Positions 55,366-62,903 of a stretch of 64,000 nt of DNA are shown here, piece by piece. How positions within the stretch are numbered: the first letter of the stretch is position 1; every line of letters starts with the position of its first letter. Location of the stretch: IMG/VR virus record IMGVR_UViG_2579778694_000005; one strand, written 5' to 3'. The translations under genes were made by a program, and so were the position numbers. The notes under the pieces are model-generated. The model did not search any database and was not told the origin of the DNA. It saw only the letters and a list, made by a program, of their open reading frames with translations. The DNA is from a virus. Lineage: Duplodnaviria > Heunggongvirae > Uroviricota > Caudoviricetes.

Positions 55366-55397
55366 GCAAAAAAGGGGCCGAAGCCCCTTTGATTTTT
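55366..55397 (-). terminator. rho-independent terminator downstream of tRNA
   Basis: GGGGCTTCGGCCCC followed by TTTTTT on the minus strand. Confidence 0.55.
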
Positions 55398-55458
55398 GCG
55401 CTAAAAAGTGTTGGTACAATGCTAGGAATCAATGGTTAAGAACGTCTGCCGTGTCTAT

Positions 55459-55541
55459 CACAGCGCTGAACGGTCTGGCGATATTTGCGGAGTCTTTCCG
55501 TTCGGACGGTGGTGGCGAACTCCAAACCGTTCAGCGCTGTG
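55459..55541. other. long hairpin: perfect 15-bp inverted repeat CACAGCGCTGAACGG/CCGTTCAGCGCTGTG enclosing a 53-nt loop with internal CCGTTCGGACGG stem
   Basis: Arms at 55459-55473 and 55527-55541, ending at the 3' end of the tRNA gene. Confidence 0.55.
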
Positions 55542-55542
55542 T

Positions 55543-55617
55543 TGGCGATGGTGGGTGGACTCGAACCACCGACCAGTTGATTAACAGTCAACCGCTCTAC
55601 CACTGAGCTACACCATC
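55543..55617 (-). tRNA. tRNA-Asn (anticodon GUU), CCA encoded
   Basis: Minus-strand cloverleaf: acceptor GATGGTG/CACCATC, D-arm GCTC-AGTGGTA-GAGC, anticodon stem GTTGA/TCAAC with loop CTGTTAA, 5-nt variable loop, T-arm GGTGG-TTCGAGT-CCACC, discriminator G + CCA. Confidence 0.85.
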
Positions 55618-56368
55618 ATTTTTCGCGGCGGTACTTGTTCATGGACAACCAGGCAACCAAGAACTTTCCCGCAACTTGCACTTTACGTTAGTGCCAGACG
55701 AGGCTTGTGGCTCGCTCACATAGAGCGAAGATCTGGAATCCTTCTCGGCGGTTGATGGCCGCCAGACTCTTCGATCTTATTGGATGTATGGAATCATCCA
55801 TGTTGTGAAACCAGGGTTACATAGGCAACAATGATTTCACCAGAGGGTTAAAGAATCCTGCTTTCACAACGTTGAGGCCACTGAACCGATTTATGTTCGA
55901 CCCAACATATCGATCAGTCACTACAGCTCTGTGGAATCACCTGTATGATTAAAAGAAAAACAGTGACCTCAACGTTGTGCGCTGGCTAACCAAGCCAGCC
56001 GGGTTACGTCGCCGCTTTTAACCCAAGATTAAACGACATAAGTAATGGAAATGACGTAACAGGATGGACGGTCAGCTGGCTGAAACCGGGATGATGGAAT
56101 GGAATGAGGAAAACCAACCGCCCATCCTGTTACTTCATCGAATAGGGCATGGGTGGTGCAACATGCCCTATCCTGCGTTCTGCAATCACACTCGCTCAGT
56201 GTGTCCCATTTCGGTGACGAGGCTGGAAACTGACCTCGCTGGTGTTTGGCTTCTTAGGCTACTGCCAGGTACGTATCTTCGTTTGCAGTTATATTTAACG
56301 TTCAAACAGTCGCGTCTCAACGAAAACAAGTGAATCTTATACACATTAGATAAGTAAGTAAATACTTA

Positions 56369-56671
56369 TTATTCTGTGACTCGTTCAGTTGCTATCTTTT
56401 TGATCAAACTCACCTTCTGTTCCGGCGTTCTCGTGATGATGGCCGTAAAACGCTTCGCTTGAATAGTGATAGTTTCGTTCTCCTTGAGTTCGCCGTAGTG
56501 AGTCTCCAGCAGAGAACCCAGGCGCCACAGACCGTCGTCTATGCGTTTATGGCTGGCAAATCTGATCAGCAGTAGCTTTACGATTAACTGACCAATGTAA
56601 AAGGCATATCCGAAGCCGGCCGCCACAAGGTAGGTTGCCAGCCACCAGTCGAATGAGGTCAAATTGCTCAT
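56369..56671 (-). CDS. membrane protein (100 aa; 1-2 TM)
   Basis: Hydrophobic N-terminus WWLATYLVAAGFGYAFYIGQLIVKLLLI. Confidence 0.45.
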   Translation of the reverse strand: MSNLTSFDWWLATYLVAAGFGYAFYIGQLIVKLLLIRFASHKRIDDGLWRLGSLLETHYGELKENETITIQAKRFTAIITRTPEQKVSLIKKIATERVTE

Positions 56672-56820
56672 TTCTGCACTCCCGTCTCGTGAACAACCCG
56701 ATACAGACGCTTACCGATGCGAAGCGTTTTGGTTTTCAGTTCCTGCCTGACCAGATCGCGACAGATACTGAAGCCGAGGGCCACGCCCCCAGCAAAAGAT
56801 AACAGGATGTATGGAATCAT
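56668..56820 (-). CDS. small membrane protein (50 aa; below ORF-track cutoff)
   Basis: MIPYILLSFAGGVALGFSICRDLVRQELKTKTLRIGKRLYRVVHETGVQK from minus-strand translation. Overlapping stops/starts. Confidence 0.4.
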   Translation of the reverse strand: MIPYILLSFAGGVALGFSICRDLVRQELKTKTLRIGKRLYRVVHETGVQK

Positions 56821-57032
56821 CAGAACGCCCCCGCCTCAGTCAATTGCTGTAACAGTGAGTGTCCTTTTTCAGTGAGTTGATAGTTCTCCACACATCCTTT
56901 TGGCGAAACGTTAGCGACAAGATTCATACGTTCCAGTTTGGCGCGGGTCTTTGGCTTCCAGTTGGCGTAGAACTGTTTCCACTGGCTGATTTCACGCAGA
57001 GTTTCTTTCTCCCGTTTACTTAACATGATCAT
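56820..57032 (-). CDS. hypothetical protein (70 aa)
   Basis: ATGA overlaps on both sides. Confidence 0.4.
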   Translation of the reverse strand: MIMLSKREKETLREISQWKQFYANWKPKTRAKLERMNLVANVSPKGCVENYQLTEKGHSLLQQLTEAGAF

Positions 57033-57196
57033 CCTTAATCTCCTTCAGTGTGTACGTGATATCTACAATGCGGTAAATGCGGCCGCGCCTCTGCATGACA
57101 CCGGCTTTTACGTAATCGTTGATGCAGCTGGACATAACCAGACTGCCGATAACAATGCCGACGACCAAAAATACAATCATCCAGCCGAGCATCAGT
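57023..57196 (-). CDS. small membrane protein (57 aa; below cutoff)
   Basis: MLGWMIVFLVVGIVIGSLVMSSC... from minus-strand translation. Overlaps the ligase start. Confidence 0.35.
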
Positions 57197-58514
57197 CTTT
57201 ATCTCCAATACGGTCTTCGGTATCTCGCAGACATTTCGGCCACTTCAGACGTGGGTGGCGTAAGCTACCGTCTGGCGTTTTCTCATGGCAGTGAACCTCG
57301 ACGATGCGTCCACGATACTTCTCCTGATTGTTCCAGATTTCATCCAGGTACTTATGCTTGATACCGCTGGCACGAACGATGACGCCGTTCTCCAGACGAA
57401 TCACTATCTTGCCCAGCGTATGTGCAAAGCCTGAGTCCGGGTCGCCTGGCTCGAAGTCGATGATTTCACCGTCTTCGGAATCCTCATCTTTCAGCTTCCA
57501 CCAGCTGCGGGTACGCTTGAACTCGTAAACAGAATCCGGATCTTTGCCCATCTCCCCCTCTTCGTTCTCGTCCAGGCGCTTCATGAAGCGTTCGATAAAG
57601 TCTTCATGGCTATGGATGATGTAGAACGGATGCAGGTGGATATCTTGCGCGTAATCTTCCCCGCAAGTGTTGCGGAATAACGCCACCAGCATAGCCAGGC
57701 GCTCTTTCAGCTTCATGCCGGTCTTCAGGTACTCTTTGCTTTTTGCCTGAGCACGCCACTCCGGTAAGAAGAAATCGAAGATATGGTAAACGGCACCAAT
57801 GGCTGTCACGTTCTTCTTGCGAAGCGCCGACACGGACTGGTTGAACGTACCTGCAGTACCCTCACCATCGAAAAAGATGTGCTTGAAACCGGAGAGTCTG
57901 CCTCGCTCAAGCATGGCTGGTTTAAGGTGATCGAGTGACGTAATCGGATTGCCGGTACGCGTCAAGAAGTTCACCTCTTCCTCGTCAACGATAACTTCGC
58001 AGATAACCCGGAGACCATCGAGTTTGAGGCTGCCGATCATTGGCCACTTGGCCTTTGGGTTTTGTTTAAATGGGTATTTGTCGCCTTTCTCCTTGTACGG
58101 AGACGCCAGCTGTACCTCAAACTTCGGAATTGGGTTTTCGAACACCTTGTTGCACAGGCTAATGCCGACGCCGGCTTTCGGATCTTTCAGCAGGAAGCGA
58201 CGAAACACGTCCTGCCCGTCAGCGCACATTGAGGCAACGAGTGATTCGACAGCAGTAATGGCCGCGTTCCCGGTCAGTTCGCGCGCCGCCAGCTTCTCCA
58301 GCAGCTCGACTACCTTCTGATCGCTGGGTACGGAAGTATCGAGTGGCTCGGCCACTTTGTACTTCTTCACACCGAATCGAATGAATGGGTTGAGCATTAG
58401 CGAGACCATGCTCTGCTCAAATTCATCAAGGTTGGCCAGCGCCTCTTTCTTGGCGTTGGTTCCCATCGTTTTTATGGCATCCAGCTTGTGCTTTAGGGCG
58501 ATCAGTTTTTCCAT
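57192..58514 (-). CDS. ATP-dependent DNA ligase
   Basis: Adenylation motif I KLDGLR (IGSLKLDGLRVI). Length 440 aa. Confidence 0.75.
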   Translation of the reverse strand: MEKLIALKHKLDAIKTMGTNAKKEALANLDEFEQSMVSLMLNPFIRFGVKKYKVAEPLDTSVPSDQKVVELLEKLAARELTGNAAITAVESLVASMCADGQDVFRRFLLKDPKAGVGISLCNKVFENPIPKFEVQLASPYKEKGDKYPFKQNPKAKWPMIGSLKLDGLRVICEVIVDEEEVNFLTRTGNPITSLDHLKPAMLERGRLSGFKHIFFDGEGTAGTFNQSVSALRKKNVTAIGAVYHIFDFFLPEWRAQAKSKEYLKTGMKLKERLAMLVALFRNTCGEDYAQDIHLHPFYIIHSHEDFIERFMKRLDENEEGEMGKDPDSVYEFKRTRSWWKLKDEDSEDGEIIDFEPGDPDSGFAHTLGKIVIRLENGVIVRASGIKHKYLDEIWNNQEKYRGRIVEVHCHEKTPDGSLRHPRLKWPKCLRDTEDRIGDKD

Positions 58515-58548
58515 TAGTGTTTAACCTCCATCGGTCGCTCGGGAGTTT

Positions 58549-59025
58549 TCATGTGTTTTCTTTGGTTGCTTCTTCAATGAGTGCCGCGTACACGTCAGTG
58601 ACGGGCGCCAGTGAATCGGTGGACGTGGTTTCGGGTTTGGCTGGTTCTGTTTTCTTCGTGCGTTTAACCAGACTGTTAATCGTCATGGTGTTGCGCTTCC
58701 GGGTTAGCGTTCTGGCGTGGTCGTTTTGCTCTTCCACTTCTTTGATAAGCGCAGCCATATCGATGAAGTAGAGCTGTTCGCCTTTGCGGATCTCTTCGAC
58801 CATCATCTTCAGCGCCTGGCATTTGCCAGCAGCAATGGCCGCAGCGCAGGACTGGAACGATGTCGCCGGGAGGCGCTTCTCTTTGTAGGCGAGGATGGTG
58901 TGCTGGCAGACTGTATAGCTGCAATGGGCCTCATGGCCGTTGATCTTCACTTCCGGACAGCGCAGCGAATAACCGTTGTTTCCGGAGATAGACGGGATTT
59001 TCGACAAATCTGTTCTTGTGGACAT
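58549..59025 (-). CDS. Cys/His-rich (zinc-finger-like) protein
   Basis: CPEVKINGHEAHCSYTVCQH pattern. Confidence 0.4.
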   Translation of the reverse strand: MSTRTDLSKIPSISGNNGYSLRCPEVKINGHEAHCSYTVCQHTILAYKEKRLPATSFQSCAAAIAAGKCQALKMMVEEIRKGEQLYFIDMAALIKEVEEQNDHARTLTRKRNTMTINSLVKRTKKTEPAKPETTSTDSLAPVTDVYAALIEEATKENT

Positions 59026-59063
59026 GCTTCTAACCGTAGTCGTGTACTTACTTATTAAGCGCA

Positions 59064-59088
59064 GTTTAAAAAAGCCCCACCAGGGGGC
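59064..59088 (-). terminator. rho-independent terminator
   Basis: GCCCC-CTGGT-GGGGC + TTTTTT on the minus strand. Confidence 0.5.
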
Positions 59089-59106
59089 TAAATGGTTTTT
59101 CGAGGT

Positions 59107-59901
59107 TTACCAGGTCGCCCAGCCAGTCATTTTGTCCTGAGCGGCTTCGAACCGGTATGGCTCCAGTAAATCGTTGGCATGGTGGACGGCGTATGATTTT
59201 GCCTCCTGTTTAATCATCGGCAGCTCGTTGGCCAGGCGTGCCACCTGCCCTGCAAAACTGGCGAGCACACCGTCACATGCCTGACCCGCGTCAACAATGA
59301 TGCGCACCAGGTCTAAGTCGCTGCGGCACATATCGCAGATGATGCCGTATTCCACCTCACGAATGCGCTCAACGGCTTTTTTGGTATCGCCACTGACCAC
59401 CAATTCCAGCAAACCAGGCGGTGTTGTCAGATCGGTAACGCGTTCGGTAACTTCAGGCAGTTCGACAATGCTCAGGAACGCCGCGATAGACGGATCATCC
59501 TCTACACCAGCCCTGCCTTTGATCGCGCGAAGAGTTGCGTCGACAATTTCCTCAAATCGTTCACCTTCATCACACACCGCCTGATTGGTGTAGACAACGC
59601 GACCGTCGTACCATGCACCGGCACGTACTTCGACCGTTGCGTCCTTCATTTTGCGAGTGAACGCCACGAGTGCCGCGCGTTTCTGTTTAACACCAGGCAG
59701 CTCCGGGGACTCTCCAAAACGAACCCATACCCGCATGTATTTCGAGCCTTCCCCAAGAGGTGCTGTGCTCACAGACGTGGCGATGTGCTCCAGCGCAGTT
59801 TGGATCGCCTCATCGATAATCTTCTGGCGCTCTTCTGTATCAATTTCTACGCCTGATTTGTCGATAATTTCGGTAACGGACTTCTGAATATCTGCTTTCA
59901 T
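59107..59901 (-). CDS. hypothetical protein (264 aa)
   Basis: ORF with own RBS. Upstream of the terminator. Confidence 0.45.
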   Translation of the reverse strand: MKADIQKSVTEIIDKSGVEIDTEERQKIIDEAIQTALEHIATSVSTAPLGEGSKYMRVWVRFGESPELPGVKQKRAALVAFTRKMKDATVEVRAGAWYDGRVVYTNQAVCDEGERFEEIVDATLRAIKGRAGVEDDPSIAAFLSIVELPEVTERVTDLTTPPGLLELVVSGDTKKAVERIREVEYGIICDMCRSDLDLVRIIVDAGQACDGVLASFAGQVARLANELPMIKQEAKSYAVHHANDLLEPYRFEAAQDKMTGWATW

Positions 59902-59981
59902 AAAGGTTCCTCAATTCCTTCGTCGAGCATATTCTTACAGAAAAATAAGTATGTATCTACTTATCATTAAAGGCGTGCAAT

Positions 59982-60662
59982 TTATACAAGAGCTTTAATG
60001 CCGAGTACCTTGCTTTGTAGCTCCAACTGTCTGGAGTACGGCTTGGCACGATAATAGGCTTTTAGTATCTGCTCTGGCGTCGCGTCGCCGGGGTCGAGAC
60101 CTTCTTCGCCCAGACAGGCCACTTTGACATTCAGTCCGATGCTGGTGAGACGTTTGGCCGCTGACATGGTGTTGCGGATCGCTTGCTTTTCGCTGTCCCA
60201 CATCATGATGACGTTGCGTAATCCACGCGCCTTGAGCGTCAGGAACGCGCCTAACTGATCTTCAGCGTCCTCATTCATATTTCCGGACAAGTGCATCCCG
60301 AACGTGCCAATTGGCTCTACATAATCCCGCAGCGTCTCTTCGTCGAAGATGGCTCGCTTCACGCCCATTACGTCAAATGCCCCTTCACACACAACGACCG
60401 TTTGTTTTCCGACTGCATTGTGGCCGTTGTAGAGAAACTTACCCGACGCCGGCAGCTGCATGGGGAAGAGATAACGGCGTTCTGCTGCACCGGTAATGTC
60501 ACGCCCCTGGAAGGTCTTCATCACGCCATCCAGATCGTAAACCGGTATCAGGATGCGCATATCAAACACCTGCCCTTTGACCTGGTCTGTGTACGGATCG
60601 ACGTATGCGTGCTTGCCTTCGACGCAGTAACGCAGATCGGGGTTTGAGGGCCAACGATGTAA
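59982..60662 (-). CDS. Toprim-domain protein (primase-like); probable GTG start near 60662
   Basis: Toprim motifs VVVCEGAFDVMGV (E) and MMWDSEKQA (DxD). The frame is open upstream of the listed ATG to a GTG. Confidence 0.55.
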   Translation of the reverse strand, partial: LHRWPSNPDLRYCVEGKHAYVDPYTDQVKGQVFDMRILIPVYDLDGVMKTFQGRDITGAAERRYLFPMQLPASGKFLYNGHNAVGKQTVVVCEGAFDVMGVKRAIFDEETLRDYVEPIGTFGMHLSGNMNEDAEDQLGAFLTLKARGLRNVIMMWDSEKQAIRNTMSAAKRLTSIGLNVKVACLGEEGLDPGDATPEQILKAYYRAKPYSRQLELQSKVLGIKALV

Positions 60663-60836
60663 AAAACCACGTTAATAGGTTAACCTATTGTTTTATTTTA
60701 ATTATTAGGTGCTGCATTTACAGCTACTCCAATGATCATGGGGCTGATGGTCGATGGAACGCAATACCAAGTAGATTGATTGCATAAAGTTCCTTCAATT
60801 CCGATCTGCCCTCCCGTTTTCACATCCTACTTCAGT

Positions 60837-62903
60837 TCAATTTTGTTGCCATTCCTTTACAACAGCTTCCCAATTGGCCGTTCTCTCGACCAATTTCCCA
60901 TCAGCATCCTTTCTTGTCCAAACATCCCAGAAATCAGGGTCATCAGAATGGGGTTGCTGCTCTTTCGTCAAATTTTTCATTTTAACTAAGACAGGAAGTT
61001 CAGATGCCCAGCCCATCAGTATTGCATGTTGAGATGGCAATGAAGGCAATTCACGGAGTAATCCTCGCAAATTGTCGGGTACCATTTTATGAACTTGCTC
61101 CTGATCTTTGTCATTGCTAATTCGATGCAGAAGAAAAGTATTACATTGAGATAAAACTGTAGGTGATAATTCTGATGGTCGTTGCGAAGAAATAACCATA
61201 CCGAGACCAAATTTCCTGCCTTCTCGTGCAATTTTCTCAAATACTTGACAGCAAACAGCTGCGACATCCTGATTTTCACTGTCCTCACGATACCGTTTAA
61301 TAAATGTATGTGCTTCTTCAGCAACAAGTACCGTAGGTAAAGATTTGTTATATAGTCGTCTATAACGTTGCAATGATTCAAAAATAATTCTTGAAATGAC
61401 AGCTGTCACAAGATGAGTAATTTCAGTTGGTACTAAAGAAAGATCAATAATTGAAACGCAGCTATCACCATCACCATCTTTCCCAATATATGTTTCTAAC
61501 CAATTAGCCAAGTCAACTCTATGCTCTGAGTCATTGGTTATGGGTTTCATTCTTGTATCCGCAAGCATTGTGCGTATTCTAGCTACTAGATATTCAACAT
61601 ATTGCTCGCTACCATTTTCTTGTGCTAACGCCTCTAAATAGGAGACTAAATTATTTCCGTCAAAAGGGACGGGGATATCCTCGTTTTTAGGAAGGAGTTC
61701 ACACTCATCGCCTCCAAGGCTCTGAAATGAAGATAACACTCCATTTATGATGTTATCAACTGCGCTAACTTTAGCATTGTAATCTGGATATCTGCCTTCT
61801 CTTTGCCCACAAAAATCTTGAATAGAGATGATTAATTTATCTAGCTCAGGGCATGGTGTAGTTAATCTCGCTTTGTATTCTTCCAGACTCTGACGCCAAA
61901 TATTAATTTTAGCCAAAAGATTTTTGGCTCCAGGGAAATCATTAAGTGCCGCTGCTCCTTTAGATTTATCCGCTTTTAAAGAAACCAAAATTGTACCTAG
62001 GTATTTTTTAACTTCTATATCTATATTCTTTTGTAAATCAAATTCTTCATTTCTCATTGCTCTCAAGGAGCGTTTTAGTAATGGAAGTTGTGCTTTAGGA
62101 CTTGCTTGCGTGAATGATGCCCACTCCGAACTATTCCAAAACCATGAGGGTACTTGTAATTGGTTTTCACTGCCTTCAGCCTCAACCTTAAATACTCTAC
62201 CTTTAAATTTCGTCGTTGGCCCCAAAGCACGTGCATACTCGCCGTTGGGGTCTAGGATGATAAATCTGGCATTTGGTTTTATTTGTGATTCCAATGCAGA
62301 TTCGAGTGACCACTGGATTAATCCAGATACAGAGCAAGACTTACCGCTACCAGTATTTCCGAGCACTGCTATATGACGACCAAATAATCTATCAGGATCT
62401 ACAGCTACATTTGCATTGTTCGCAAGTGGACTTTGTCCAATGATCACTCGCCTATTATTTCCAGATTCGACTATTGATCTAAGTTGTAAATCTGTCGGTA
62501 GTAAAATAGCAGCCCCAATAGAAGGAAACGATTCAGAACCTCGTTGAAATCTGAAATAATCAGTACCATCTTTGGACAAACGTTTAAGCATTCCCACCGG
62601 ATTCAAACTTATTTTTTTTCGGGGGAATGGTAGATTTACTAAACCAAATTCTTGAACATCTCTTTGTTTTGGATAAGGCGAATGTTCTACAGCAAGCCAC
62701 TCTATTTGCCCAACTAAGTAACCATTATCACATGATATTAATACATAACTGTTTACTCTTGGAAAGTTTCTAGGCGTTCCTGCATTCAAAGCAACAGTAT
62801 CAGGTGAGTCAATCTCTAATATTGCTCTAATTTCATTAGGTGAAACAAAATCTACAGTGCCGACCCTGAGTTGCTCACCTTGTTCAATCGGAAATGAGTT
62901 CAT
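60837..62903 (-). CDS. herA: HerA-like (FtsK/HerA superfamily) ATPase of SIR2-HerA defence pair
   Basis: 688 aa. Walker A GNTGSGKS. Walker B-like VAEEAH not confidently assigned. Strongly AT-rich versus neighbours. 4-bp overlap with the upstream SIR2 gene. Confidence 0.7.
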   Translation of the reverse strand: MNSFPIEQGEQLRVGTVDFVSPNEIRAILEIDSPDTVALNAGTPRNFPRVNSYVLISCDNGYLVGQIEWLAVEHSPYPKQRDVQEFGLVNLPFPRKKISLNPVGMLKRLSKDGTDYFRFQRGSESFPSIGAAILLPTDLQLRSIVESGNNRRVIIGQSPLANNANVAVDPDRLFGRHIAVLGNTGSGKSCSVSGLIQWSLESALESQIKPNARFIILDPNGEYARALGPTTKFKGRVFKVEAEGSENQLQVPSWFWNSSEWASFTQASPKAQLPLLKRSLRAMRNEEFDLQKNIDIEVKKYLGTILVSLKADKSKGAAALNDFPGAKNLLAKINIWRQSLEEYKARLTTPCPELDKLIISIQDFCGQREGRYPDYNAKVSAVDNIINGVLSSFQSLGGDECELLPKNEDIPVPFDGNNLVSYLEALAQENGSEQYVEYLVARIRTMLADTRMKPITNDSEHRVDLANWLETYIGKDGDGDSCVSIIDLSLVPTEITHLVTAVISRIIFESLQRYRRLYNKSLPTVLVAEEAHTFIKRYREDSENQDVAAVCCQVFEKIAREGRKFGLGMVISSQRPSELSPTVLSQCNTFLLHRISNDKDQEQVHKMVPDNLRGLLRELPSLPSQHAILMGWASELPVLVKMKNLTKEQQPHSDDPDFWDVWTRKDADGKLVERTANWEAVVKEWQQN

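Noticed and set aside
55459-55541. Large hairpin next to tRNA-Asn considered as a second tRNA or tRNA with intron
   Set aside because: No D-loop/T-loop consensus (no GTTCGA-type T-loop, no GG in a D-loop), and a 15-bp perfect stem is incompatible with a cloverleaf. Kept as an unexplained structured element.
60291-60647. 118-aa plus-strand ORF
   Set aside because: Antisense to the Toprim-domain gene, whose motifs (E and DxD) support the minus-strand reading.
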